Origin: Nitrospirota bacterium
GTDB lineage: Bacteria > Nitrospirota > UBA9217
Reading direction: 5' to 3'
DNA length: 64,000 bases
Assembly: GCA_963796285.1 (NCBI GenBank)
Contig: CAWCKW010000003.1
Coordinates: 64,001-128,000, forward strand
In this document: positions 9,066 through 20,184 of the stretch, piece by piece
Position numbering within the stretch: position 1 is the first letter of the stretch
How the letters are laid out: every line of letters starts with the position of its first letter
The notes under the pieces: model-generated
The model's input: the letters and a program-made list of their open reading frames with translations, nothing else
What the model was told of the DNA's origin: nothing
Databases searched by the model: none
Position numbers and translations under genes: made by a program

Positions 9066-12000
9066 ATGGCAATCGACAAAAATACAATTTCAAAAGAGGC
9101 CCAGAAGTTCGTTGCCAAGGGCCAGTATGACAAGGCGATTGCCGAGTGGAAAAAGCTCCTCAAGGTAACTCCGGACGATCCCAATATATACAATACCATC
9201 GGCGACCTGTGTCTCAAGAAAAACGCCAAGGTCGGCGCGGTCGAGGCATATCACAAAGCGGCCGATCTTCTGGCCGCTGACGGGTTCACCTCCAAGGCCA
9301 TCGCCCTCTATAAAAAAGTACTCAATATCGATATCAATCAGATCGAAGTGCACCTCGCTCTCGGCGATATGAATGTTGAGAAGGGTCTCATCGGCAATGC
9401 CCTCGAGAATTACAAGCACGTCGCCGACCACTATACCCACAATAAAGAAACAGCCAAGGCCCTCACCATCTACCAGAAGATGGCGGACCTGAACGCCTCC
9501 AATGTCGCGTTCCGAATCAAGCTCGGCGATATGTACGCGAAAGAGGAGATGAACGAGGACGCGGCCAATGCCTATCTTGCAGCGGCGGACGTGCATGTAT
9601 CCAAGAATGCGTTCAAGGAAGCCCGGCAATTGTTCGAAAAGGTCCTTGCGCTGAACCCGGCCAGCAAAGAAGTGTATTACAAGGCCGGCATCGTTTACTT
9701 TAAGGAAGGCAAATTCTCTGAAGCCTGTAAGGCGTTCAAGCCGGCCTTTGAAGACGACCCGTCAAATAAAGAGCTTGCCAATGCGTATCTTGAGGCCCTG
9801 GACAAGGCAGGCAAGGATGTCGAGGCTGAACAGGTCATCCGCGGGCTCCTCGCTATGGACCCGGACGATGCCGCGTTTCGGGAAAAACTGTATCGCCTGT
9901 ATCTCGCAAAGAAAGACTATGACAAAGCAATAGTCGAGGCCGCGACGCTTGCTGACGGGAAGATCAAAAACGAGGATGCCGGCGGCGCAGAAGAAATATA
10001 CAAGGCCTTCGTGGCCGGCAGTCCGGACTTCCCCCCTGGCCGTCAAAAACTGGCCGAGTTCTATCTTTCCGTCAACCGTCCACAGGATGCGGCCACGGAA
10101 CTCATGCAGGCCGCCAAGTTGTTCATCAAAGAAGGAGACCTCCAAAGCGCCAGGACCGTTCTTACCCAGGTGATCGAGACAGCTCCAGGCCTGTCCGAGG
10201 CCAAGGAACGGCTCGAACAGCTGCAGACTCCCGTCACGGCTGAAACGCCCCAACCACTGGAGTTCATGACAACGGAAGAAGGACCGGAACCGACCACACC
10301 CTCCCCTTTTGTTAACGAACCCGAGCCAATACCGGTCCTTGAAGCGCCGACTCCCGCTCCTCCGGTCGAAGCTGCGCCTATTTCGGCGGACGAAGACCCT
10401 GCGATCGCCGAAGCGTTCATCGAAGCCGATGTGCTCATCAAATATGGCCTTGCCGCCAAGGCGATAGAGCAGCTCGAAGCGCTGACCAGCCAGTTCCCCG
10501 AAAGTCCTCGCATACGCACCAAGCTCCGCGATCTCTACCATGAGCAGGGTAACAGCGACAAAGCAGTGCGGCATGCCCTCCTCGCCGTCGCGCTCTATAC
10601 AAAATACGGCAGGGACGACCAGGCAAAAGCAGCGCTGCAGACAATTCGCGAACTGGCTCCCGATCATCCGGCGGTCCTTTCCAGGCTCGGAAGGATTGCC
10701 GTTGCACCGGAAGCGGAAGCGATCTTGGGCGAAGGACCCGCAGCAGGTCATCCGCCGGAGTTCACGCAGGACCATCTCGAAACTCCTCTCACTGAGCCCG
10801 AGAGTGCTCCGCCTTTTCCTGAAGAAATCGCCGAGGAGACCCTAGCTCCCCAGGAGGCGGCCCAGACAGGTGAAATCGAGTTTGAGGAACTCGGCAAGGT
10901 TCCCGATGCATCGGACGTGGAAGAGTCCATGGGCAAAGCACCCGAAGAAGACCTTCCGACGGGGATCATGCAGGACCATCTTGAAACACCTCTTGCTGGG
11001 CCCGAGATATCTCCGCCCTTACCTGAAGAAATCCCCGAGGAGACCGAAGCACCCCAGGAGGCGGCCCAGACAGGTGAAATCGAGTTTGAAGGACTTGATT
11101 CAGGGATACTACCTCCTCTGGAGGAGATATCGCCCGAAGAAACAGTCCCTGTTACCGAACCATTTGCGAAAGAATCGCAACCAGCTGAAGAAGAGCCTCC
11201 CTTTGCCGAACTGCCGGCAATGGACCTGCCGTCCGTTGAAGAAGAGCCTGCCGGCGAGCTGGAACAAGCCGCAGTCGCACCTGCGGATGAATTGGCCGTG
11301 CCCGGACCGCCCGCCGAGATTGATCTTGAAGAGTTATGGGCAGAAACCGAATTCTACTTCCAGCAGGGACTGTTCGACGAGGCAAAGAAACACTACACGC
11401 GGATCCTCGCACTGACCCCCGGCGACCAGCGGGCAATCGATCGGCTTTCCGAAATTTCTCGTGAAGAAAATGAAACGCGGGAATTTGCCGAACTCACCGA
11501 TGCTGTCGAAGGGCTGGAAGGCTATGTCCCGCCGAAAGCTGCCGAGGGAGCGCTGGCAGCAAGCGCATCTGATGAAGAAGCGGTCCGCTCTCTGATGCAA
11601 CAGATCCAGCAGCTTAAGCAGCAGCCTACTGCGCCTCCTCCGCAGGCTCCGGCCGATGCCGTCAGCAGTCCTTTAGAGCCTGCAAAAAAGACCGATGAGG
11701 AAGAGGTCCGCGCGCTCATGATGGAATTTCAGCAGCGCAAGCAGCGCATGAAGCAGCCGACAGCACCCCCCCAAAAAATCGTTGTGTCGCCTCCGCAGGC
11801 TCCTGCCGATGACATCGGCAGGCCTTTCGAGCCTGCAAAAAAAGCCGACGAGGAAGACTTCTTTGATTTGGGTGAAGAGCTCCAGCGGGAAACAGCTACC
11901 CCCGCTGCTCAGCAAGGTGGAAAAGCCTCCATAGCTTCCTCCGAAAAAGCCCCGCAAGAAGCTGCCGAGGACTTCTTTGATCTTGCCGCAGAACTCAGAG

Positions 12001-12611
12001 ACGAATTGAGCGCCATGCCGGTCCCCGTGCGGCCTGTTGCGCCCGCAGAGGAACAGAGCCTCGACGATATCTTCGAGGAATTCAAAAAGGGAGTAGAACA
12101 GCAATCGGCAAAGGAAGACGCTGATACCCATTATAATCTCGGCGTAGCCTATAAAGAGATGGGGCTGCTTGACGATGCCGTTGGGGAACTCATCATGACA
12201 ACCGAGGTGGAGCCCAAGTTCATCCAAAGCCGTTATATGCTCGGCCTGTGTTATATGGAAAAGGGAGAGTATCAAAACGCCATTTGCGAGATCCAGACTG
12301 CGTTGGATTACTCTGAGTCACTGGGGATCGACACCGAGAACAGGATCGCGATGCACTACGACCTCGGACTTGCATTTCAAGGCGCGGGAAATATCAACAA
12401 CGCTATAAACGAGTTTCAAGAGGTCGTGAACGAGAACCTGAAGTATCGGGACACTGCCGCCAAATTGAAAGAGCTCCGCAAGGGAGACTTCATTTCCCTC
12501 GAACAGCTCAAAGATGATATCGAGAAAGAAATATCCTCAAAATTCCTCGAAGAGGGTGAACGGATCGAACGCGAAGAAAAAACCAAGAAAAACGAGCGCG
12601 TGAGAAACTAA
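9066..12611 (+). CDS. Large TPR protein with acidic Pro-rich linker (SgmX/Bd2492-like architecture)
   Basis: N-terminal TPR array, low-complexity E/P-rich linker with internal duplications, and C-terminal TPRs (DADTHYNLGVAYKEMGLLDDA). Confidence 0.85.
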   Translation: MAIDKNTISKEAQKFVAKGQYDKAIAEWKKLLKVTPDDPNIYNTIGDLCLKKNAKVGAVEAYHKAADLLAADGFTSKAIALYKKVLNIDINQIEVHLALGDMNVEKGLIGNALENYKHVADHYTHNKETAKALTIYQKMADLNASNVAFRIKLGDMYAKEEMNEDAANAYLAAADVHVSKNAFKEARQLFEKVLALNPASKEVYYKAGIVYFKEGKFSEACKAFKPAFEDDPSNKELANAYLEALDKAGKDVEAEQVIRGLLAMDPDDAAFREKLYRLYLAKKDYDKAIVEAATLADGKIKNEDAGGAEEIYKAFVAGSPDFPPGRQKLAEFYLSVNRPQDAATELMQAAKLFIKEGDLQSARTVLTQVIETAPGLSEAKERLEQLQTPVTAETPQPLEFMTTEEGPEPTTPSPFVNEPEPIPVLEAPTPAPPVEAAPISADEDPAIAEAFIEADVLIKYGLAAKAIEQLEALTSQFPESPRIRTKLRDLYHEQGNSDKAVRHALLAVALYTKYGRDDQAKAALQTIRELAPDHPAVLSRLGRIAVAPEAEAILGEGPAAGHPPEFTQDHLETPLTEPESAPPFPEEIAEETLAPQEAAQTGEIEFEELGKVPDASDVEESMGKAPEEDLPTGIMQDHLETPLAGPEISPPLPEEIPEETEAPQEAAQTGEIEFEGLDSGILPPLEEISPEETVPVTEPFAKESQPAEEEPPFAELPAMDLPSVEEEPAGELEQAAVAPADELAVPGPPAEIDLEELWAETEFYFQQGLFDEAKKHYTRILALTPGDQRAIDRLSEISREENETREFAELTDAVEGLEGYVPPKAAEGALAASASDEEAVRSLMQQIQQLKQQPTAPPPQAPADAVSSPLEPAKKTDEEEVRALMMEFQQRKQRMKQPTAPPQKIVVSPPQAPADDIGRPFEPAKKADEEDFFDLGEELQRETATPAAQQGGKASIASSEKAPQEAAEDFFDLAAELRDELSAMPVPVRPVAPAEEQSLDDIFEEFKKGVEQQSAKEDADTHYNLGVAYKEMGLLDDAVGELIMTTEVEPKFIQSRYMLGLCYMEKGEYQNAICEIQTALDYSESLGIDTENRIAMHYDLGLAFQGAGNINNAINEFQEVVNENLKYRDTAAKLKELRKGDFISLEQLKDDIEKEISSKFLEEGERIEREEKTKKNERVRN

Positions 12612-12613
12612 TA

Positions 12614-12720
12614 TGCCTAATTATTAAGCTTCTGATCGTTTTTTGTGCAATACCCATCCTGCGTTAAAGATAACAACAAATTGAAATATAAGGTATTATG
12701 ATTTAGCATCAAAATTGCTT
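12614..12720 (+). promoter_or_regulatory. Two NtrC-like boxes plus a sigma-54-like -24/-12 element upstream of glnB
   Basis: 17-mers TGCCTAATTATTAAGCT (12614) and TGATCGTTTTTTGTGCA (12633) resemble TGCAC-N7-GTGCA. TTAGCATCAAAATTGCTT (12703-12720) has AG-N10-GC spacing. Confidence 0.55.
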
Positions 12721-12729
12721 ATTATCTAG

Positions 12730-13089
<360 letters not shown>

Positions 13090-13170
13090 GACAGAATACA
13101 GAAGTCAGAAGACTGAAGTCAGACCGAAATGAAACGACTTCTGGATTCTGGCTCCTGACCACTGAATTCT
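13090..13170. repeat. Inverted heptamer array (AGAAGTC)n ... (TTCTGGA)n
   Basis: AGAATAC AGAAGTC AGAAGAC TGAAGTC ... GACTTCT GGATTCT GGCTCCT GAC. Confidence 0.7.
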
Positions 13171-13194
13171 TGAGTTTAAATACAGGAGGAATCA

Positions 13195-14628
13195 ATGAAA
13201 CCCAAAGTTGAATCAATGAAACCCAAAGATGTTGTGATGATGGCAAAAGAGAACAAGGCAGCGATGGTCGACTTCAAATTCATGGACTTCCCGGGATTGT
13301 GGCAGCACTTTTCCGTGCCCGTGGACGAGCTGACCGAGGGCATCTTCGAAGAAGGCCTCGGATTTGATGGTTCAAGCATCCGCGGCTGGCAGTCCATTCA
13401 TACGAGCGATATGCTGGTCGTTCCTGATCCGGAGACCGCGGTGATGGACCCCTTCACCAAATATCCGACGCTCTCGCTCATCTGCAACATCGTTGACCCG
13501 ATCACCAAGGAGCGCTACTCCCGCGACCCGCGCTACATCGCGCAGAAGGCCGAGGCCTACCTCAAATCCACCGGCATCGGCGACACCTGCTACATGGGTC
13601 CTGAGCCGGAATTCTTCATCTTCGACGACATCCGCTTTGACCAGAACTCCCATGAGGGATACTACCACATCGACAGTTCGGAAGGCATCTGGAACAGCGG
13701 CCGCGTTGAAAATCCGAACCTGGGCTACAAACCGCGCCACAAGGAAGGTTACTTCCCTGTTCCTCCCATCGACAGCCAGGAGGACATCCGCTCCGAAATG
13801 GTGGCAGAGATGCAGAAGGTCGGCATCTACGTCGAGCGTCAGCACCATGAGGTCGCCACCGCGGGCCAGGCCGAGATCGACATCCGGTTCAGCAACCTTG
13901 TCAAGTGCGCCGACCAGGTCATGTTCTTCAAGTACATCATCAAGAACGTGGCGAAGCGGAACGGCAAGACCGTGACCTTCATGCCGAAGCCGCTGTTCGG
14001 AGATAACGGCTCGGGCATGCACACGCACCAGTCCATCTGGAAGGGCGGCAAGCCCCTCTTCTCCGGCGATAAGTACGCCGGCATGTCCCAGATGGCGCTC
14101 CACTACATCGGCGGCATCCTGAAGCACGCCAAGGTGATCGCCGCCTTCACCAACCCGACGATGAACTCCTACAAGCGTCTGACCCCGGGCTTCGAGGCGC
14201 CGGTGAACCTGGCCTACTCGAGCCGGAACCGCTCGGCCTCGGTCCGCATCCCCATGTACAGCGCGAACCCCAAGACAAAGAGGATCGAGGTCCGCTTCCC
14301 CGACCCGTCCTGCAATCCCTACATGGCCTTCGCCGCCATGCTGATGGCGGGCCTCGACGGCATCGAGAACAAGATCGATCCGGGCCAGCCGCTGGACAAG
14401 GACATCTACGATATGGCGCCCGAAGAACTGGCAAGCGTGCCGTCCATGCCGGGTTCGCTCGAAGAGGCGCTGGACAACCTTGAGGCCGACCACGGCTTCC
14501 TGTTGAAGGGTGACGTGTTCACCAAGGACGCCATCGAGATGCATATCAGCTACAAGAGGACCAAGGAAGTGGACGCCCTCCGTCTGCGGCCTCATCCGTA
14601 CGAGTTCTTCCTGTACTACGACATCTAA
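13195..14628 (+). CDS. glnA: Glutamine synthetase type I
   Basis: [41 protein letters not shown] (adenylylation-site Tyr). The RBS AGGAGG precedes 13195, and a duplicated start lies at 13216. Confidence 0.98.
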   Translation: MKPKVESMKPKDVVMMAKENKAAMVDFKFMDFPGLWQHFSVPVDELTEGIFEEGLGFDGSSIRGWQSIHTSDMLVVPDPETAVMDPFTKYPTLSLICNIVDPITKERYSRDPRYIAQKAEAYLKSTGIGDTCYMGPEPEFFIFDDIRFDQNSHEGYYHIDSSEGIWNSGRVENPNLGYKPRHKEGYFPVPPIDSQEDIRSEMVAEMQKVGIYVERQHHEVATAGQAEIDIRFSNLVKCADQVMFFKYIIKNVAKRNGKTVTFMPKPLFGDNGSGMHTHQSIWKGGKPLFSGDKYAGMSQMALHYIGGILKHAKVIAAFTNPTMNSYKRLTPGFEAPVNLAYSSRNRSASVRIPMYSANPKTKRIEVRFPDPSCNPYMAFAAMLMAGLDGIENKIDPGQPLDKDIYDMAPEELASVPSMPGSLEEALDNLEADHGFLLKGDVFTKDAIEMHISYKRTKEVDALRLRPHPYEFFLYYDI

Positions 14629-14661
14629 TCCGCATCATCCGCAATCAGGTGAACATACCAG

Positions 14662-14700
14662 ACCGGGACCCTCAACAAGGGGTTCCGGTTTTTTTTGTTT
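14662..14700 (+). terminator. Rho-independent terminator after glnA
   Basis: ACCGGGACCC..GGGTTCCGGT stem followed by a long T tract. Confidence 0.8.
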
Positions 14701-14786
14701 TCTCGCTACATCGTTCGAAGTCCTGCGAATAGAGCAGTATTCACTCTTCCACTTTATACCCCAGTCGTTTCTGACTATTCTGCAAC

Positions 14787-14850
14787 ATATCGTCTTTATT
14801 AAATTTTAATGCTTTTATGTTTCATCTTAGCAGCAATTTAATTAACGGTT
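14787..14850 (+). promoter_or_regulatory. Putative KdpE-responsive promoter region of the kdp operon
   Basis: AT-rich TCTTTATTAAATTTTAATGC. Alignable with 26706-26767 upstream of kdpD. Confidence 0.5.
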
Positions 14851-14885
14851 ATGCTATACATTTATCAGAAAGAAGGGGGTGACCG

Positions 14886-14966
14886 ATGGACATTATCTAT
14901 CTTGGGATCTGCATTGCGTTATTCATCGTCAGTTGGTTTTTCGTGAAACTCGTTGAACGAGTCTAG
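14886..14966 (+). CDS. Small hydrophobic peptide upstream of kdpF (KdpZ-like), 26 aa
   Basis: MDIIYLGICIALFIVSWFFVKLVERV, with a GGGGGT RBS. Too short for the ORF track. Confidence 0.65.
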   Translation: MDIIYLGICIALFIVSWFFVKLVERV

Positions 14967-14980
14967 GAAGGAGGCAAGGA

Positions 14981-15073
14981 ATGGAACTATTCTACTGGAT
15001 TGGCGGCATTCTCGCCGCGGCGCTGTTAGTGTATCTCTTGATAGCACTTCTTAAACCGGAGGCATTGTCATGA
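14981..15073 (+). CDS. kdpF: K+-transporting ATPase subunit F, 30 aa
   Basis: [30 protein letters not shown] (YL..ALL.PE motif). AGGAGG RBS and ATGA overlap with kdpA. Confidence 0.85.
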   Translation: MELFYWIGGILAAALLVYLLIALLKPEALS

Positions 15074-16876
15074 CTGGCAACGATATTTTGCAGATATTTT
15101 TATTTTTTGGCGTTCTGTTGCTCCTCGCAAAACCGCTCGGAGTCTACATGGCGCGGGTTTACGAAGGACAGCCTTCGGGCCTGGACCGCGTGCTCGGGCC
15201 TGTTGAACGCCTGTTTTACCGGATTTGCGGCATCAAACCCGACGAGGAGATGAGCTGGAAGAAGTATGCCGGCGCGGTGCTTCTTTTCAGCGCGGCGGGA
15301 TTGTTCTTCCTCTATGCCTTGCAGCGCTTACAGGGTTTTCTGCCGCTGAACCCGCAAAAGTTCCCGGCAGTCTCCCCTGATTCTTCCTTTAATACGGCAA
15401 TAAGCTTTATCACGAATACCAACTGGCAGGGGTACGGCGGCGAAACAACGATGAGCTACCTCACGCCAGATGGTCGGGCTTGGGGTGCAGAATTTCGTGT
15501 CTGCCGCGGCAGGTATGGCTGTGCTCGTTGCCCTGATCCGGGGGTTTGCCAGGCACTCGGCAGAGACCATCGGCAACTTCTGGGTCGACCTCACCCGTTC
15601 AACACTTTACATCCTGATGCCGCTTGCTCTGGTTTATTCCATGCTGCTCGTATCTCAGGGAGTTGTGCAGACCTTCAGCGAATACAAGACCGTTGCGCTT
15701 ACCCAGACCATCACCTACGATAACCCGAAGCTCGATGCCCAGGGCAACCCAGTCAAGGATGAAAAGGGAAATCCGGTGACGGAAAAGGCGGAGATGAAGG
15801 AGCAGGTCATACCGCTCGGTCCGGCCGCATCGCAGATCGCGATCAAGCAGCTCGGCACGAACGGCGGCGGGTTCTTCAACGTCAACTCGGCCCATCCGTT
15901 AGAAAACCCAACCGCTTTCTCCAATTTTCTTGAAATGCTGGCGCTCATTCTCATACCTGCGGCGCTCTGTATCACCTTCGGCAGGATGGTCGGAGACAAG
16001 CGCCAGGGGTGGGCGCTGCTTACCGCCATGGTCGATCGTCCTCGTCACGCTGATGGCTTTATGCACCTGGAGCGAGCAGGGCGGCAATCCCGCGCTTCGC
16101 ATCCATCGGCATCGATCAACAGGCGAGCACTATGCAGCCCGGCGGCAATATGGAAGGAAAAGAAGCCCGCTTCGGGATCGTTGATTCCGCGATCTGGGCC
16201 ACGGCGACCACGGCAGCCTCGAACGGCTCGGTCAATTCCATGCACGACTCCTACACGCCCATGGGCGGCCTTTACCCGCTGGCACTGATCCAGTTGGGAG
16301 AGGTTATCTTCGGCGGAGTCGGCTCCGGGCTCTACGGCATGCTGATCATGGCCATTATCACGGTCTTCATCGCCGGACTCATGGTCGGGCGCACGCCGGA
16401 ATATCTCGGCAAGAAGATCGAGATGTTCGAGATGAAGATGGCCTCGGTCGCGGTGCTGGTCGTGAATGCGCTGGTCAAGATCGGCACGGCTGTCGGCGTT
16501 GCGACACCAGCGGGAGTCGCGGGAGTAGCGAACCCCGGTCCGCACGGATTTTCCGAGATACTTTACGCCTTTTCATCTGCAGCGAACAACAACGGCAGCG
16601 CCTTTGCGGGCCTCTCCGCCAACACGGTCTTCTATAACACGGCGCTCGGGCTGACCATGTTTATCGGAAGATTCTGGGTGATCATCCCGGTGCTTGCCAT
16701 TGCCGGCTCTCTCGCGAAGAAGAAACAGGTACCTGCCGGCTTGGGAACGCTGCCGACCCATACGCCTCTTGTTCGTGGCGCTTTTGATCGGGGTCATCGT
16801 GATCGTCGGAGCGTTGACGTTCATGCCGGCTTGGGCGCTTGGGCCAATTGCCGAACAGTTGATGGCAAGCAGATAA
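15070..16876 (+). CDS. kdpA: K+-transporting ATPase subunit A, split by about four frameshifts (near 15466, 16030, 16098, 16770)
   Basis: [39 protein letters not shown] and [12 protein letters not shown] are distributed over ORFs 15070, 15470, 16132 and 16694. Confidence 0.92.
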
Positions 16877-16888
16877 ATAAAAACATTC

Positions 16889-16951
16889 ACCACAGAGTAC
16901 GCAGAGTAAAAGCGGAATGATTTTTTAAAAAATAAATATAACCTCTGTGGT
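16889..16951. repeat. Short inverted-repeat element ACCACAGAG ... CTCTGTGGT
   Basis: ACCACAGAGTACGCAGAG at 16889 and CTCTGTGGT at 16943, between kdpA and kdpB. Confidence 0.6.
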
Positions 16952-16965
16952 TAAAGGAGTTACCT

Positions 16966-19041
16966 ATGAGCAGTAAATCGAAAAAGCGATCGCTCTTTGA
17001 ACCAACGATCGTAAAAAAAGCATTATGGGATTCGTTCAGAAAATTGAACCCAGTACACCAGATCAAGAACCCTGTCATGTTCGTCGTGGAAATAGGGAGT
17101 ATTCTTACGACCCTCCTCTTCTTTCACGCAGTCCTGACGGGAAAAGGCGAAGCGTCGCCTTCCTTCATCCTGCAGATCTCCATCTGGCTCTGGATAACGG
17201 TGCTCTTCGCCAACTTCGCCGAATCCATGGCAGAGGGAAGGGGCAAGGCCCAGGCCGAATCCCTCCGCCAGACGCGGCGCGATGTCATGGCCAAGCGGCT
17301 TGCGAAGCCTGCGCCTGATGCGGAGGTCACGAAGGTCGCCTCGTCACTGCTCAAAAAGGGCGATGTCGTTCTCGTGGAAGCGGGCGACATCATCCCCATG
17401 GACGGCGAGATCATCGAGGGCGTGGCCTCGGTGAATGAAAGCGCCGTGACCGGCGAAAGCGCGCCCGTGATCCGCGAAAGCGGCGGAGACCGGAGCGCGG
17501 TCACGGGCGGTACTACCGTTTTATCCGACTGGCTCGTGGTGCGGATCACGACAAGTCCGGGAGAGACGTTCCTCGACCGGATGATCAGCATGGTGGAAGG
17601 CGCAAAGCGCCAAAAAACACCGAACGAGATCGCCCTTGATATTCTGCTCGCGGGCATGACGATCATCTTCCTGCTTGTGTGCGTGACATTGCTCCCCTAC
17701 TCGCTCTTCAGCGTCAAAGCAGCGGGTCAGGGCGCGCCGGTCACCATCACGGTGCTCGTAGCGCTCCTCGTATGCCTCATCCCGACCACCATCGGCGGGC
17801 TGCTTTCGGCTATCGGCATTGCGGGTATGGACCGGATGATCCAGGCGAATGTGATCGCCATGTCCGGACGGGCCGTGGAAGCAGCCGGAGACGTTGACGT
17901 GCTGCTGCTCGATAAGACCGGGACCATTACGCTCGGTAACCGGCAGGCCACGGAATTCGTTCCAGCGCCGGGTGTACATGTGGGCGCACTTGCCGACGCA
18001 GCGCAGCTCGCCTCGCTGGCCGATGAAACGCCGGAGGGGCGGAGTATCGTGGTCCTTGCAAAAGAAAAGTACAGCCTTCGAGCCCGAGACATGCAAAGCA
18101 TCAAGGCGGAGTTTGTCAATTTCACCGCCCAGACGCGGATGAGCGGGGTAAACCTCCAGAACCGGGAAATCCGCAAAGGCGCGGCGGACGCGGTTGAAAA
18201 GTACGTTCAAAAAATGGGCGGCATGTTTCCTCCCGAGGTCCGATCCATCGTTGACGACATTGCCAAACAAGGCGCAACCCCACTCGTGGTTACCGAGGGG
18301 AGCAAAGTGCTCGGCGTCATCCGGTTGAACGACATCGTGAAGGGTGGTATTAAAGAGCGCTTCGCTGAAATGCGCAAGATGGGGATCAGGACGGTCATGA
18401 TAACTGGCGACAATCCGCTTACAGCGGCCGCGGTCGCGGCCGAGGCAGGAGTTGATGACTTCCTTGCAGAAGCGACGCCCGAGGCAAAGCTCAAGCTCAT
18501 CCGCGAGTACCAGAAAGGCGGCAGGCTCGTTGCCATGACCGGCGACGGCACGAACGACGCGCCCGCGCTCGCCCAGGCGGACGTGGCCGTGGCCATGCAC
18601 AGCGGGACCCAGGCGGCAAAGGAGGCGGGCAACCTGGTTGACCTCGATTCGAACCCGACCAAACTCATACAGATCGTCGAGATCGGGAAGCAGCTCTTGA
18701 TGACCCGCGGCACGCTCACGACCTTCAGCATCGCGAACGATGTGGCGAAATATTTCGCCATTCTGCCTGCTGCATTCCTTTCCATCTATCCGGCGCTTGG
18801 AGCGCTGAATATCATGGGCCTTGCAACGCCGCAGAGCGCTGTGTTGTCTGCCGTGATCTTTAATGCCTTGATCATCATCTTCCTCGTGCCACTGGCGCTG
18901 CGCGGCGTGAAGTACCGCCCTCTCGGCGCCTCGATAGTCTTACGAAACAACGCTTTGATTTACGGCGTCGGCGGCTTGATCGTACCGTTCATCGGCATTA
19001 AGCTGATCGACATGCTCATAACGGCGATACATATTGTTTGA
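16966..19041 (+). CDS. kdpB: K+-transporting ATPase subunit B (P-type ATPase)
   Basis: [36 protein letters not shown]. Confidence 0.98.
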   Translation: MSSKSKKRSLFEPTIVKKALWDSFRKLNPVHQIKNPVMFVVEIGSILTTLLFFHAVLTGKGEASPSFILQISIWLWITVLFANFAESMAEGRGKAQAESLRQTRRDVMAKRLAKPAPDAEVTKVASSLLKKGDVVLVEAGDIIPMDGEIIEGVASVNESAVTGESAPVIRESGGDRSAVTGGTTVLSDWLVVRITTSPGETFLDRMISMVEGAKRQKTPNEIALDILLAGMTIIFLLVCVTLLPYSLFSVKAAGQGAPVTITVLVALLVCLIPTTIGGLLSAIGIAGMDRMIQANVIAMSGRAVEAAGDVDVLLLDKTGTITLGNRQATEFVPAPGVHVGALADAAQLASLADETPEGRSIVVLAKEKYSLRARDMQSIKAEFVNFTAQTRMSGVNLQNREIRKGAADAVEKYVQKMGGMFPPEVRSIVDDIAKQGATPLVVTEGSKVLGVIRLNDIVKGGIKERFAEMRKMGIRTVMITGDNPLTAAAVAAEAGVDDFLAEATPEAKLKLIREYQKGGRLVAMTGDGTNDAPALAQADVAVAMHSGTQAAKEAGNLVDLDSNPTKLIQIVEIGKQLLMTRGTLTTFSIANDVAKYFAILPAAFLSIYPALGALNIMGLATPQSAVLSAVIFNALIIIFLVPLALRGVKYRPLGASIVLRNNALIYGVGGLIVPFIGIKLIDMLITAIHIV

Positions 19042-19051
19042 TATGACCTTG

Positions 19052-19134
19052 CCCCTCACCTCAATCCTCTCCCCAATAGGGAGAGGAAGTAAAAAGTCCC
19101 CTCGCCCCTCAGGGGAGAGGGCCAGGGTGAGGGG
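19052..19134. repeat. REP/BoxC-like GC-rich palindromic element between kdpB and kdpC
   Basis: CCCCTCACC..TCCTCTCCCCAATAGGGAGAGG ... CCCTCGCCCCTCAGGGGAGAGGG..GGGTGAGGGG: two hairpins within an outer inverted repeat. Confidence 0.8.
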
Positions 19135-19160
19135 TGGTCTCGTACTGAAAGGAGAAACCA

Positions 19161-19733
19161 ATGTTCACCATGATTCGTAACTCGCTCATGTCCCTATTAC
19201 TGTTCACGGTAATCACGGGGCTCATTTATCCCCTGGCCGTAACCGGGCTAGCGCAAGCGATTTTCCCAAGTCAGGCAAACGGCAGCGTCATCACGAAGAA
19301 CGGCAAAGCCGTTGGCTCTTCGCTTCTCGGCCAGCAGTTCGAGGACCCGAAGTACTTCTGGGGAAGGCTCTCGGCAACGGGTCCTTATCCGTACAACGGC
19401 GCCGCTTCGTCAGGCTCCAACCTCGGCCAGAACAATCCAGCTCTCATGACGAATGTTGAAGGGCGCATCAAAGCCCTGCATGAGGCGGAACCTGGAAATA
19501 CTGCGAAGATTCCCGTGGATCTGGTCACGGCCTCGGGCAGCGGTCTCGACCCGCACATCAGTCAGGCTGCTGCTGACTATCAGTTGCACCGAGTGGCAAA
19601 GGCCCGGGGACTCGATGATGCCAAAATCCGAGACATCGTTGCCAATAATACGAAGGGACGCTGGATTGGCCTGATCGGTGAACCGGTGGTCAATGTTCTT
19701 GAGCTGAACCTGGCGCTCGATGGACTGAAGTAA
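19161..19733 (+). CDS. kdpC: K+-transporting ATPase subunit C
   Basis: YPLAVTG, QANGS, YFWGRLS, VTASGSGLDPHIS, VNVLELNLALD. Confidence 0.97.
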   Translation: MFTMIRNSLMSLLLFTVITGLIYPLAVTGLAQAIFPSQANGSVITKNGKAVGSSLLGQQFEDPKYFWGRLSATGPYPYNGAASSGSNLGQNNPALMTNVEGRIKALHEAEPGNTAKIPVDLVTASGSGLDPHISQAAADYQLHRVAKARGLDDAKIRDIVANNTKGRWIGLIGEPVVNVLELNLALDGLK

Positions 19734-19751
19734 TTGTGGAGGATACATACA

Positions 19752-20141
19752 ATGAAAAAGATTGCAGAGCTTCTTGCAGTTCTTCTTATATTATGCGCGG
19801 GGCTGCCTCAGCTTGTAAACGCCGTTTCCTGGTCCCCCATCGAGGAAGAACGTCAAGAGAAAGTTGACAAGGGGATCATGGTGAAGGGCATGGCCGTATG
19901 CCTCTTCCAGAGCGGGACTGCGGACGTAAAGAAGGCGATCAGCATAGGTGACATTCTCGTCGTGTACGCGGAAAGCCCAAAACACGCGCTCAAGGAAGTC
20001 GGGAAAATAAAAATTCTTTCCTATTCAGGAGAAGATTACCTGAAAGGCGAGGTTGTCGAAGGCGAAATTAAACCCGGCGACATCGCAAAAAAAGGAGAGG
20101 TCGCAAGCCTCGTCATATCGCCGGGTGATAAGTGTAAATAA
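19752..20141 (+). CDS. Exported hypothetical protein in the kdp operon
   Basis: Signal peptide MKKIAELLAVLLILCAGLPQLVNA, GGAGG RBS, probable small beta-barrel (GDILVVY..EVGKIKI..GEIKPGD). Confidence 0.7.
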   Translation: MKKIAELLAVLLILCAGLPQLVNAVSWSPIEEERQEKVDKGIMVKGMAVCLFQSGTADVKKAISIGDILVVYAESPKHALKEVGKIKILSYSGEDYLKGEVVEGEIKPGDIAKKGEVASLVISPGDKCK

Positions 20142-20184
20142 CCTGCACAACAACCAGCTGTTAACTTTAACACAGGAGGATCAA

